This document shows positions 48,904 to 59,320 of a stretch of 64,000 nt of DNA, in pieces. The notes beneath the pieces are model-generated. The model worked only from the letters and a program-made list of their open reading frames with translations, did no database searches and was not told where the DNA came from. Each line of letters opens with the position of its first letter. Within the stretch, counting starts at the first letter, position 1. This stretch comes from Endozoicomonas sp. G2_1 (GTDB taxonomy: Bacteria > Pseudomonadota > Gammaproteobacteria > Enterobacterales > Alteromonadaceae). The stretch covers positions 1 to 64,000 of the forward strand of contig NZ_JAGHQT010000003.1 in NCBI RefSeq assembly GCF_017744155.1. Direction: 5' to 3'. The translations under genes were made by a program, and so were the position numbers.

Positions 48904-49821
48904 ATGATGAAGACGGAAAATATGAGCGAAGATAAACTAGATTTATTGAGTTATCTTCCACCGGCAACTAAACAAACTAGTGTCAGCAAAGAGGAGCTTT
49001 TAAACTCAGGAAATGCTGGAGTAATTATTATGCGTAGTGGCCAAGTAACGAATCTCTACCGTAATGAAGCAAGAGAGTGCGCATTGGAAGTGTGTGAGCA
49101 CACCAATAAAACTCAAAAGGGGTTTATCTCTAGTTATATTTACGAAGAGACCTACGGCCAGCAAGACAGGATATATTGGTTTATTCATCTGAAATCATTA
49201 TCTGATTATATGCGATTCCATCGGCTTGCCAATCAGGATCCTGCATTTGGTGAAATATTCATGCGTAATCGTTCTCATTTCGAGGGAGAATATGCCAGTT
49301 GGATAAACATGTTCCCTGAAGCGACTTTTAATGAAACAGTGATAGTACCACATCGTTGGGGAAGCAGCGGAACCAACATTCCTCATGATGCTGATTCTAG
49401 TCAAATAATTGCAAATCAACAGGTCGAGAATCAACGGTCGCAGGTATTCCATTCCGCGAATTCTCGCATGGTATTGATGCGCTCAGCTGATGTAAAAGTA
49501 AAACACCGTTCAGCTGCTAGGCTCTTTGGCAGACAATATGCTGATTACATAAATAGTCATTGCCCTAGCAATGTAACGTGCTTCATGTTTGAAGAACACT
49601 TTGGTAATGTCGATCGTATTCATTGGCACTTAAATTTTGAGAAGTATGAAGATTATGAAGAGTTCATCGAGTTTTGTGCTTTGGATGTTGGCTTAAAAGC
49701 GTTGATGGTTGAAAGAATTCGAATGGATGGTGAAGTTTCAACTGCCGGTTTTGGGCACTTTAAACAAAGTAGTATTAAAGACTTACTAGTTTGCCCTCAA
49801 CATCCGACTAAAGACTTTTGA
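48904..49821 (+). CDS. Tandem-domain hypothetical protein (two ~140-aa ferredoxin-fold/ABM-like repeats), putative tailoring enzyme
   Basis: Internal duplication; paralogous to next gene. Confidence 0.3.
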   Translation: MMKTENMSEDKLDLLSYLPPATKQTSVSKEELLNSGNAGVIIMRSGQVTNLYRNEARECALEVCEHTNKTQKGFISSYIYEETYGQQDRIYWFIHLKSLSDYMRFHRLANQDPAFGEIFMRNRSHFEGEYASWINMFPEATFNETVIVPHRWGSSGTNIPHDADSSQIIANQQVENQRSQVFHSANSRMVLMRSADVKVKHRSAARLFGRQYADYINSHCPSNVTCFMFEEHFGNVDRIHWHLNFEKYEDYEEFIEFCALDVGLKALMVERIRMDGEVSTAGFGHFKQSSIKDLLVCPQHPTKDF

Positions 49822-49825
49822 GGGA

Positions 49826-50716
49826 GTGTTTGAGTTAATGAATATGAAAGAAAATTATAGAGCTCAACAACAGATTGCATTGTCTCCTGAAGACACGTTG
49901 ACAACAACAAGCGCTGGTGCAGTAATAAAATTGAAAGGGTTGGTGAAACAAAGCTTAGTTTCAGAAACTCGCAAAGTTTTACAATCGATATCTAATTATA
50001 TTAATGACATTTATAAAGGTAGAGCTTCTTTATTTGTATTTGAAGAATTATTCGGTACTAAAAATACAATTTATTTATTATTTCAAGTGGAGACTCTTCA
50101 GGATTACTACGATATTATGCAAATTGATATGAATTGTGGTCCGCTGCGTACGATTATCAATGATAAGATTTCTGGTATTGTTAACGATTGGAGTGAACTA
50201 TTTGAGTCAGGAACCTTAGCTTCGCAGACATTGTTACCGCAGTTTAGAAGAATGTATGGTGCGAATGATTCAGGAACTGAAATGACGTTCCAAAAGCCGT
50301 TGACAGGGCTACCACCAGCGTTTCACCAGTTTACTTTACCATTAGAAAATATTATTCACAGTGGTAATGCCGGATTAATGATACATCGAGAAGCGCAATT
50401 GAAATATGAGTTTCGCTCTGAGGGAAGACAATTTGCTCGAGATGTTGTTGATTCTATCAACACAAAAGCACGCGGAGAGGCTACTGCATTCTTGTATGAA
50501 GAAGCTTTTGGAAATGCAGATAAGATTCATTGGTTGATTCATATGGATAAGATTGATTCTTATTATCCATTAATACAAATTCATGCAGCTGACCCTGAAG
50601 TTAGAGAACTCTACTTCAAAGAGACATTGCCGAAAGAAAAAGGTGGTGGAAATTGGAGTAAAATGTTTGTGGAAGGCTCAATGAAAGATAATAGTTTTGT
50701 TCCGCAAATTTGGTAA
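49826..50716 (+). CDS. Paralog of the preceding tandem-domain protein
   Basis: Same two-repeat layout (IHWLIHMDKIDSYY vs IHWHLNFEKYEDYEEF). Confidence 0.3.
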   Translation: MFELMNMKENYRAQQQIALSPEDTLTTTSAGAVIKLKGLVKQSLVSETRKVLQSISNYINDIYKGRASLFVFEELFGTKNTIYLLFQVETLQDYYDIMQIDMNCGPLRTIINDKISGIVNDWSELFESGTLASQTLLPQFRRMYGANDSGTEMTFQKPLTGLPPAFHQFTLPLENIIHSGNAGLMIHREAQLKYEFRSEGRQFARDVVDSINTKARGEATAFLYEEAFGNADKIHWLIHMDKIDSYYPLIQIHAADPEVRELYFKETLPKEKGGGNWSKMFVEGSMKDNSFVPQIW

Positions 50717-50739
50717 AGAAATGATTAAAAGGAAATGCA

Positions 50740-51174
50740 ATGGCTCAAATCAGTAAAGAGTTCATGATAGATGCATCTTCTGATGCAGTATACAAAGCGT
50801 TGACGGAAGCATCGGAGTTCGAGAAGTTTACCGGTATGCCTGTAAAAATAGACCTATCACCAGGTGGCGAAGCTTCCTTATTCAATGGCTATATAAAGGG
50901 GTACTTTATCGAATTTAAGAAAAGTGAACGTCTCATTATGGCTTGGAAAGACTGTTACAACTGGGAAGACGGCGAGTATTCTATTTTAAATTTAACTTTT
51001 ACACAGATCAATTCAAAAACTAGATTGTGTTGGTATCAGGAAGGTATTCCAGAAAGGGAGGTTGCGCATTTGGAAGATGGGTTAGAAAGGAAATACATTA
51101 ATCCGTTACAAGAGTATCTGAGTTCAGGGCAAGTGATATCTTCGCCTGTTCCCGACACTTGTCAAATAACTTAA
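50740..51174 (+). CDS. SRPBCC (AHSA1/polyketide-cyclase-like) domain protein
   Basis: Size and pattern of activator-of-Hsp90-ATPase/START-like small proteins. Confidence 0.45.
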   Translation: MAQISKEFMIDASSDAVYKALTEASEFEKFTGMPVKIDLSPGGEASLFNGYIKGYFIEFKKSERLIMAWKDCYNWEDGEYSILNLTFTQINSKTRLCWYQEGIPEREVAHLEDGLERKYINPLQEYLSSGQVISSPVPDTCQIT

Positions 51175-51239
51175 TTGATGTATAGAAGTGTCGAACTGAA
51201 ATACTACTTTCAAAATCGAGTTACCTGGTTAGTTTAAAG

Positions 51240-52256
51240 TGTGTGATTCATAGAGATCCTTTCTATAATTGGTTGTCATGAACAATGACATTCAGCAACG
51301 ATTAAAGTGGATCAAGCTTAACCAAGAAACTAACAATGCGGGCTTAGTTTGCCTTCGTTGTGGAATATCTAGGCCAATGCTCAGGAAGTGGTGGCCTAGA
51401 TTCCAAAAATACGGTTTAGATGGCCTTAAAAGCCTAAGCAAAAGGCCTCACCACTCGCCAAACCAGAAAACCACACCAGAAGTTGAGTCTCTAATTCTGA
51501 CCTTAAGGAAATCAAGAAATCTAGGTGCTTGACGCATTCAAAGTGGGCTACTCAGGAATGAGCAAATCAAACTGGGTCTGGCTACCATTCACAAAGTACT
51601 TAAAAATAATAACGTTGAGCCAATAGTCATTTACCATAGAAAGCCTGACTTTAAACGTTATTCAAAACCAATTCCGGGTGAGCGGGTTCAAATGGACACT
51701 TGTAAAATTGCTCCTAGCTTATACCAGTACACCGCTATTGATGACTGCACTCGCTATCGGGTTTTAAGGCTCTATAAGAACCGTACAGCGGCTAATACCA
51801 TTCACTTTGTAGAGTCTGTAATTGAAGAAATGCCATTCCTTATACAGCGGTTTCAGACTGACCGAGGAACAGAGTTTTTTCTGAAAAAGTGCAAAAATTA
51901 TTGATGAAATACAAGATAAAACTCCGACCAAATAAGCCAGCATCACCTCACTTAAATGGCAAAGTTGAACGCTCACAAAAAACTGATAAAGCTGAGTTTT
52001 ATGTCACTGTTGATTTGAGTTCTAAAGATATTCACATGCAACTTGCTGAGTGGCAGCACTATTACAATTGGGAGCGGCCACATAGCGCTCACAATGGAAA
52101 AACACCGATAGAAAGATATTTTGAAGTTAGTGAACAAACGCCATTTTCAGATGAAGTTGAGGAATTTTATCAAGCCCATAATGAGCGTGTTCAATTATCC
52201 AATTACCGAAGAGATTTAGAGATCGCAAAATTGAAACGATCTCTATGAATCACACA
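51240..52256 (+). mobile_element. IS481-family-like insertion sequence with perfect 19-bp terminal inverted repeats (TGTGTGATTCATAGAGATC) and a disrupted transposase
   Basis: IRL 51240-51258, IRR 52238-52256; internal HTH plus rve/DDE integrase-core ORF broken into three pieces. Confidence 0.75.
51269..52248 (+). pseudogene. Transposase (HTH plus integrase core), interrupted by in-frame stop near 51532 and frameshift near 51900
   Basis: Three collinear ORF fragments (87, 70, 119 aa) whose translations continue across stops. Confidence 0.7.
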
Positions 52257-52946
52257 GATTAAGCAAGTTATCTGCAACTGCATGGTTATGCTTTCACATT
52301 GCCGTGACTTTATAAGCCACGCGCTGCTTGACAATTAAGTCAAGCTTTTTCATCAAGGCTTTCATTCGACAAAGAGCAATATCAAAGCCTTATTTGCGTA
52401 GCAGCTTCATCAGTATTCTAGCACCAGCATTACCTCTGCTATCATCAAATATCCTTTTCATATGACGAAAAAGCATTAGCTCATCGGCTGTAACGATTTT
52501 AGCTGGTCTTATTAACTATGCGTAATAAGCAGAGCGACTTATCTTTAACACCTCACGTGGCGCACAAATTGGAAAGCGTCACTACTGCTCTTGGATGTAC
52601 TCGAACTTTACTTCATTTCTTTTACAAAGAGGGCGTCGTTTTTAAGATTTCACGCTACATCCGTAAGCGCTTATTTTCTTTTTTGAGCATCACTAGTTCA
52701 GCTCTTTCATTTTTGCCTAGTGCTTCACCTGCAGCTTGTTTAGCTAATTTGTTTTTCCAGTTATAAAGCCGCTTAGTGGTAATATCTAAAGATTTAGCCG
52801 ATTCTGCAATGGTATGTCATTGTTTTGAAGGATTTTAACGGCTTTTTTCTTTAAGCTAGTGTGTATACTTTCTCGGTTTTCTTCTTTGAGTCATTTTCGC
52901 ATCTTTGTTATGGATTTATTACCCGCTACAAAAGTGTGCGGATCCA
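52257..52946 (-). mobile_element. IS3-family remnant (OrfA HTH plus N-terminal piece of OrfB with stops), truncated at the IS481-like element
   Basis: Minus-strand translation MTQRRKPRKYTH… then OrfB-like …GNAGARILMKLLRK*…KQRVAYKVTAM*. Confidence 0.55.
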
Positions 52947-52975
52947 TTAAACTAGGTTAGAAATTAGAAACACTG

Positions 52976-54508
52976 CTAAACGCTACTGCTTGGTAGCATA
53001 GCTAACAGGGCCTTTTTATCAACCTTCCCTGATGTATTAAGAGGTAATTGATCTAAGATAGTGACATTCTTGGGGTGCATATATAGAGGCAGTGATGACT
53101 GTATTATTGCATGGACATCACTTAACTTTAGATTAACTTTATGTGCAGGGACAATGAATGCATGCAGACTATTTTCTAAAAATTTATCTGGCAATGAGAC
53201 TATCGATGCTAAGCTGATTTCTGATTGCTTGCTTAGCGTCATCTCAATATCACCCAAGTCAATTCTGTACCCTCCACTTTTGATGGTTTCATTTGCTCTG
53301 CCCACATAGTAAAGCTCGTCATTTTGTCCTTTTTTAACTATGTCGCCGGTTTTATAGCCATAGATACCTTCTTGCTCAGAAAATAATTTGACACTCTCTG
53401 TTCTTTTGCTGTCACCCCAGTATGAATGCATTACTTGAGGCCCATAGATAACGAGTTCTTCAGCGCCTTCCTCGTTTTTTTGTGTTCGATAAAAGTGATT
53501 TTGTAACGGCTTTCCAAGTGGAATTTCATTTACTTCCGTCGTCAATTCGTGTTTTGAAAATTCATGAAACATACAATAAACAGTCACTTCGGTAGGTCCA
53601 TACATGTTGAAAACTCTAGCTTGTGGTATTCTTACCCCTATTTGATTGATATACTTAGCAGGGCAAGCAGCCCCTCCAATAAATAGATGTGAAATTGTTA
53701 CAAAATCATCGAGTTTAACTTGAAACCTTTCATCCAATATCAATCCAAACGTTGTTGGAACACTTGAAATAACCGTAATTTTATTTAAGCTAACGTAAGT
53801 TGCAATCGCATTCGGGTGTTTTGGTTTCGAGTAAAGATGTAATTCACATCCAACTCCTAGCCAAAACGCGATATCCATAACGGATTGATCAAATGACAAT
53901 TCTGCGATATTGAGAACCTTAGCTTTACCATCTAAATTGAAAGCGCTTCGACACCAGGTAATAAAATGGCATAGGCTATGATTTAAAATTGTTACACCTT
54001 TGGGAATGCCTGTTGAACCAGAAGTAAAAATACAATAAGCAACATCATGTTCTCGTAACATACTATCTTCTTTGATATCAATGTTGCTCTTCATTTTTTT
54101 GATATCATGTTGCTCTATACATATACAACCCTCGATATTGTGATTTTCATTAACAATTGCAAAACGGGTTTTCGTTATTTGTAGAATGCTATTTAAACGA
54201 GTTTTCGGTGTAGATGCATCAATAGGTATGTAGAATCCCCCAGCTTTCCATGCTGCCAGCATTGCTACAATTGAATAAACGTTTTTATCGCATGCCAATA
54301 AAAGGCTTTCACCTTTTAGAAAGCCTCTATCTTTGAGTTTAGTGCTTAATGCAGCAGACAAACGGTCCATCTCAGAGAATGTGATAGATACATTATCATT
54401 AACAATTGCGATTTTATTAGGTTGCGTTTTAGCCCAATAATGGAACCATTGTAAAGGGGAAAGGTATTGATCTTCATAATTGATGCTTTGAAATTTTGAC
54501 AATTGCAC
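52976..54508 (-). CDS. Free-standing adenylation (AMP-binding/ANL) enzyme, DltA-like
   Basis: A3 YCIFTSGSTGIPKGV, A5 NMYGPTEVT, A7 YKTGDIV, A8 GRANETIKSGGYRIDLGDIE. Confidence 0.75.
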   Translation of the reverse strand: MQLSKFQSINYEDQYLSPLQWFHYWAKTQPNKIAIVNDNVSITFSEMDRLSAALSTKLKDRGFLKGESLLLACDKNVYSIVAMLAAWKAGGFYIPIDASTPKTRLNSILQITKTRFAIVNENHNIEGCICIEQHDIKKMKSNIDIKEDSMLREHDVAYCIFTSGSTGIPKGVTILNHSLCHFITWCRSAFNLDGKAKVLNIAELSFDQSVMDIAFWLGVGCELHLYSKPKHPNAIATYVSLNKITVISSVPTTFGLILDERFQVKLDDFVTISHLFIGGAACPAKYINQIGVRIPQARVFNMYGPTEVTVYCMFHEFSKHELTTEVNEIPLGKPLQNHFYRTQKNEEGAEELVIYGPQVMHSYWGDSKRTESVKLFSEQEGIYGYKTGDIVKKGQNDELYYVGRANETIKSGGYRIDLGDIEMTLSKQSEISLASIVSLPDKFLENSLHAFIVPAHKVNLKLSDVHAIIQSSLPLYMHPKNVTILDQLPLNTSGKVDKKALLAMLPSSSV

Positions 54509-54653
54509 TAGTTTGGATACCTAATGTAAATAAGTTATAACTCTCCAATAAATACTGTATCCAGAATTTTCTAGATTTGACGCTCAAACTTGAGCGCTAA
54601 ATTATCTTTCATTGTTTTAATTTTTTAGTACGGCATACAGCAGAGCATTCTTT

Positions 54654-55430
54654 GTGGTAGAAGATCAAATAATCGAAGTTCGTTTTGATAAAAATATAAC
54701 AGAAGTATTACTAAATAATACCAAACAGCGAAATTGTATAAATAGTCAATTCATCGAAAGATTAAATGAAGAGTTGACAATAGCAGAGCAAAACCCAGCT
54801 TGTCGGGTTATGAGTATCTCAGCAAAAGGGGATACTTTTTGTATTGGGATGGACTTTAGTATTGTACACCAAATAAGCAATATGTCTGAGGAAGAAATAA
54901 AGAAGCAAGGTAAGCAGTTTTATGAATTACTATCTCGCCTTTGCCAGAGTCGTCTCATAATTGTTGCGACAGTAAATGGTATTGTTTCTGCTGGCGGGGT
55001 TGGTTTAATCTCTGCTTGTGATTTTGTTATTGCTGGAACCAATAGTAAGTTTTCATTGCCAGAGGCATTGTGGGATTTGGTTCCTTATTGTATTGCACCT
55101 TTTATAGTAAAACGGATGGGACTACAAAATGCCAAAACACTCGCTTTAAGTACTCAACAAATTAGTGCAAAAGAAGCATATACAAAACAATTGGTTGATG
55201 AAGTTGTCGACAACCCTAATTTTGCAACTCGAAAATTGACCAATCGAATAAGCAGACTTCAAATCAACTCCCTTCACAAAATTAAGAGTTTATTTAATTC
55301 TTTTAATGAATCCTACATCACCAGAGAGTCTGAAATCATAGATCAATATACAACAGTCATGTCTAAAGAAACTGTTCTGAATAATATTACTAGGTTTATA
55401 CAGGAAGGTAAATTTTCATGGGAAACATAA
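54654..55430 (+). CDS. Enoyl-CoA hydratase/isomerase (crotonase) family protein, GTG start
   Basis: Crotonase-like pattern (IIVATVNGIVSAGGVGLISACDFVIA). Confidence 0.6.
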   Translation: MVEDQIIEVRFDKNITEVLLNNTKQRNCINSQFIERLNEELTIAEQNPACRVMSISAKGDTFCIGMDFSIVHQISNMSEEEIKKQGKQFYELLSRLCQSRLIIVATVNGIVSAGGVGLISACDFVIAGTNSKFSLPEALWDLVPYCIAPFIVKRMGLQNAKTLALSTQQISAKEAYTKQLVDEVVDNPNFATRKLTNRISRLQINSLHKIKSLFNSFNESYITRESEIIDQYTTVMSKETVLNNITRFIQEGKFSWET

Positions 55431-57793
55431 CTAACCTAAATCATTCTATAGATTCTAGTGAATCAGCAATTGTCTTTCCGGGACAAGGCATTCAACGAAG
55501 AGGTATGGGCAAAACACTTTTTTCCCGCTTTCCTCGCTTAACTGAAGAGGCTTCTAGTGTATTGGGCTATTGTATAAAAAATCTTTGTCTCAACGATACA
55601 GACAATAGGTTGAAGGATACACGTTATACACAACCTGCTATTTTTGTGGTCAATGCCCTTTCCCACGCTGAATTAATAGAGCGAGGAGAAACTCCAAGGT
55701 TTTATGCTGGCCACTCACTAGGTGAGTATAACGCTTTGCATGCAGCTGGTATTTTAGATTTCAATTCTTGCTTAAAATTAGTCATAAAGAGAGGCGAACT
55801 TCTAAGCCAGGCTAACGGTGGTGGCATGTATGCAATTATTGGCACCAATAAGAAAAAATTGCAGAGCTTAATATGTGAACTTAGCTTAGACCGAGTAGAT
55901 ATTGCAAATATTAATAGTACTCATCAGATTGTATTATCTGGTGACAAACTTCAATTGGCCGCTCTTTCAGCCCAATTGTTAGAGCAGGGTCTTGGAAAGT
56001 CAATTCCCTTAAATGTGAGTGCTGCATTTCATTCTCGCTTCATGCAGGAGCCTGCAAGACAATTTTCGAACTATCTCAACCTCTTTACTTTCAAACAACC
56101 TCATACGCCCGTCATTTCAAACGTCGAAGCTAAGCCTATTGAAGATGCCTCTAAAGTTTCTCAACTCATTACCAAGCAAATATACTCTCCAGTTAACTGG
56201 AAAGGTACAATGAGCTTTTTACACGACCATCAAATCACTAAGGTGATTGAGACATCTAATAGTGATGTGCTGACGAAACTATGGAATGAATTTCGGGATG
56301 AACGTTCAAAAAAAGGCCTGTTAATTGATAAAAAAAAATTGGTTAGGGGGAGGGGAGATGTGTCTTATGAAAATAGCTACAACCGAGTCCATTTGAATAA
56401 AGATGCTCAGCTAAAAAATGTTATGGCATTAGGCAGTCCAAGTTTTAAAGCTAAGTTTGGTATTAAATACAATGTGGTATCTGGAGCGATGTTTCGAGGG
56501 ATATCTTCTACCGAAATAGTGAGCAAAATGGCAAATGCAGGAATGATTGGGTTCTTTGGTTCTGGGGGGCTTGCTTTACAGGATCTTAAAGTGGCAATTC
56601 ATAAAATAAAAGCTAACTCTAGACAAGATGCTAAGTGGGGGGCGAATCTTTTACACCTCCCAAATGACAACGATCAGGAAGTTAAAGTAGTTGAATTGTA
56701 TTTGAAGGAAAATGTCAATTTAGTCGAAGCTGCTGGATTTATTAGTGTTACAAGTGCTGTGGTGCAATTTCGATTTCATGGTGCGTATATTGACCCTAGT
56801 GGGGATACCATTATTCCAAATTCTGTTTTTGCTAAAATATCTCGTCCAGATATTGCAAAATCGTTTATAGCCCCTCCTTCTGAAAAGATTCTTTCTCAGC
56901 TTTTATCTGAAGGAAGATTGACACAATCAGAAGTTCAAATAGCCCGTACTAATCCAACTGCAAATGTGATTACCGTCGAAGCTGATTCTGGAGGCCACAC
57001 TGATGGTGGAAATATCTCAGCGTTATTGCCTGTTATCAAAAAACAGGTTGAAAGCGCTAAAGCACAATTTAACTATACTAGAGATATCTTTGTGGGCGCT
57101 GCTGGAGGTATTGGCACCGCTGAAAGTATCGCTGCAGCTTTCATCCTCGGGGCTGATTATATAGTAACAGGTTCGATCAACCAGTGTAGTGTAGAGTCGG
57201 GGACGTCCGACAAGGTCAAGCAGATGCTTTCTCAAGCAAGTGTATATGATACTACTTATGCACCAGCAGGAGATATGTTTGAATTGGGCGCTAAAGTACA
57301 GGTATTGAATAAAGGAACACTTTTTGCTCCTAGAGCAAACAAGCTGTATCAGTTGTACCGACAATATAATGGAATTGACGAAATCCCTATAACTGTTAGG
57401 GAAAGTATTGAAAAATTGTACTTTAAGAAAAGTATCGATGATGTCTGGAACGAAACAAGTCAATACTTTAGAAAGGTAGGAAAAGGCTTTGAAATCGAAA
57501 AAGCTCAGTGTACACCAAAACACAAGATGGCATTGATATTTCGTTGGTACTTCGCCCATTCTATCAAAAGTGCTATGTCGGGCGATGAAACTCAGGTTGC
57601 AAACTTTCAGATTCACTGTGGACCTGCCATGGGAGCATTTAACGACGCTGTAAAAGACACGATATTTGCTTCATGGCAAAACCGAAATGTGGATAAAATA
57701 GCTCTTTACTTGATGCAGGAGGCTTACGAACTTTTACAATATTCGTTAAATAATATAATTACACCGCAATCAGGTATGCCTAAAGTTAGTTAA
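55418..57793 (+). CDS. Trans-acting acyltransferase plus enoyl reductase didomain (PksE/PfaD-like)
   Basis: AT GHSLGEY motif; C-terminal FMN-dependent TIM-barrel ER (GAAGGIGTAESIAAAFILGADYIVTGS). Confidence 0.75.
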   Translation: MGNITNLNHSIDSSESAIVFPGQGIQRRGMGKTLFSRFPRLTEEASSVLGYCIKNLCLNDTDNRLKDTRYTQPAIFVVNALSHAELIERGETPRFYAGHSLGEYNALHAAGILDFNSCLKLVIKRGELLSQANGGGMYAIIGTNKKKLQSLICELSLDRVDIANINSTHQIVLSGDKLQLAALSAQLLEQGLGKSIPLNVSAAFHSRFMQEPARQFSNYLNLFTFKQPHTPVISNVEAKPIEDASKVSQLITKQIYSPVNWKGTMSFLHDHQITKVIETSNSDVLTKLWNEFRDERSKKGLLIDKKKLVRGRGDVSYENSYNRVHLNKDAQLKNVMALGSPSFKAKFGIKYNVVSGAMFRGISSTEIVSKMANAGMIGFFGSGGLALQDLKVAIHKIKANSRQDAKWGANLLHLPNDNDQEVKVVELYLKENVNLVEAAGFISVTSAVVQFRFHGAYIDPSGDTIIPNSVFAKISRPDIAKSFIAPPSEKILSQLLSEGRLTQSEVQIARTNPTANVITVEADSGGHTDGGNISALLPVIKKQVESAKAQFNYTRDIFVGAAGGIGTAESIAAAFILGADYIVTGSINQCSVESGTSDKVKQMLSQASVYDTTYAPAGDMFELGAKVQVLNKGTLFAPRANKLYQLYRQYNGIDEIPITVRESIEKLYFKKSIDDVWNETSQYFRKVGKGFEIEKAQCTPKHKMALIFRWYFAHSIKSAMSGDETQVANFQIHCGPAMGAFNDAVKDTIFASWQNRNVDKIALYLMQEAYELLQYSLNNIITPQSGMPKVS

Positions 57794-57816
57794 AAAATGG
57801 TTGATTTGAGTAAATA

Positions 57817-58557
57817 ATGAGTACGAGAAATCTTCGGACTAAGAAATATATGCGTTCATCTGAAGGGTTTATCAGGGAAGTAACTTATTGGTTCGATTTC
57901 GTCCACCAGACTCATTTTGCGCAATGTATATTTGACGTGCAGAAATATCGCCGTACTTTGTACACAAAATATAATATCCAATTACCAGTTAATATTCACG
58001 ATGCTGTAATTAAAAGACAATCGGAATTTTTAGCTGGCCGTTTGACTGCCTCAATCATATTTCAACAAATGGGGGAGACATCCGCACAAGTAATGGTAGG
58101 CGACCATAGAGAACCTATATGGCCTCATCACCTTATAGGTTCTCTTTCTCATACCGATGATACTGCTGTGTGTTCCATTACTGAACGTGCTAATCAGCGC
58201 TTTATTGGAATAGACATTGAAAATATAATCGCAACACATACAGCTGAGAAGATAGGTCGACAAATAATTAACCTACAGGAAAAAAAATTACTTTTAAGTT
58301 TGAACTTTCCTTATGAGATACTGTTAACTATTGTGTTTTCCGCGAAAGAATCCTTGTTCAAGGCTATTTATCCCATCGTAAGACATTATTTAGACTTTAA
58401 TACTTCTATGGTCAGCGATTTTTCCATTTCAAATAACTGCATAACACTGAAGTTAAACGAATACCTGCTGAAAAGGTATGATCTGAATAAGTTTTATTGC
58501 ATTAGTTGGAAAGTTCAATTTGGGAAGGTTTTTACTTTTCTGGAAGGCTGGCACTAG
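57817..58557 (+). CDS. Sfp-type 4'-phosphopantetheinyl transferase
   Basis: FIGIDIE and FSAKESLFKA motifs. Confidence 0.75.
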   Translation: MSTRNLRTKKYMRSSEGFIREVTYWFDFVHQTHFAQCIFDVQKYRRTLYTKYNIQLPVNIHDAVIKRQSEFLAGRLTASIIFQQMGETSAQVMVGDHREPIWPHHLIGSLSHTDDTAVCSITERANQRFIGIDIENIIATHTAEKIGRQIINLQEKKLLLSLNFPYEILLTIVFSAKESLFKAIYPIVRHYLDFNTSMVSDFSISNNCITLKLNEYLLKRYDLNKFYCISWKVQFGKVFTFLEGWH

Positions 58558-58820
58558 TGAATGCTTTAGTAGTCTTCTTGCTATTTTTATGTAATAAATT
58601 AATGAATAGTTCTTTGTTAACTTTTAGACAATAAGCAGGTGAACTAAAATAATACTACTATTTGAAACTGTTGAAGAGTTTTTTGAAATTTTCGCCCCTA
58701 TAAAAGTGTATGTACATCTCTGGTAACGATTCAGGGACATGTATCTTGAAACAAATTAGCAATCAATCTGATTTTGGTTATCGAGGGGAAAAGCCTGGAA
58801 AAATCCAGGCTAACATCTAA

Positions 58821-58964
58821 TTAACGTGGCGGGATATGCACATCTGAGTGATGACTTAGAACTACATCCTTCGCTGACGAAAAACTATTAGAAGCGAAAG
58901 TTGCGGTTGCGCCGAACATCATTGTAACAGCAAAAAGAGCTGCGACTTTTTTACTTAATTTCAT
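58821..58964 (-). CDS. Small secreted peptide (48 aa, cleavable signal, ~24-aa mature His-rich peptide)
   Basis: MKLSKKVAALFAVTMMFGATATFA|SNSFSSAKDVVLSHHSDVHIPPR read from minus strand; below ORF-track size cutoff. Confidence 0.35.
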   Translation of the reverse strand: MKLSKKVAALFAVTMMFGATATFASNSFSSAKDVVLSHHSDVHIPPR

Positions 58965-59320
58965 TTTATATATCCTATAAAAGTAATTTCATTTATTTAA
59001 TTAACGAATAGAAAGACTTGGTGTCTCTTCTATTCGCTTTTAAATATATCCTCGTGCGAATCTAGAAAAGCTCAAAATTGAGCGTGAATGTAATGATGTG
59101 AGCAAAATATTGGGTTTTGATTGAGTAGAAAAGTGCCGAATCTTTGATATTTACTGACTACGATAGAATGTTCGTTTTTAAAGCTTTTATTTTTTTATCT
59201 CAGACTCCAGTTCTTTATAAGGAATAAATACAAATTATCAATATTGAGCATGTTGTTTTTACTTGCTTTTGTAGTATGTGCATTTGGTAAAAATTTATCG
59301 TTCAGCGTGGAAATGATATT

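Noticed and set aside
57023-57616. 197-aa minus-strand ORF inside the AT-ER gene (also 3339-3599, 4968-5234, 6623-6817, 9677-9961, 19225-19563, 21169-21486 and similar)
   Set aside because: Antisense ORFs fully embedded in well-supported genes with conserved catalytic motifs; composition-driven artefacts.
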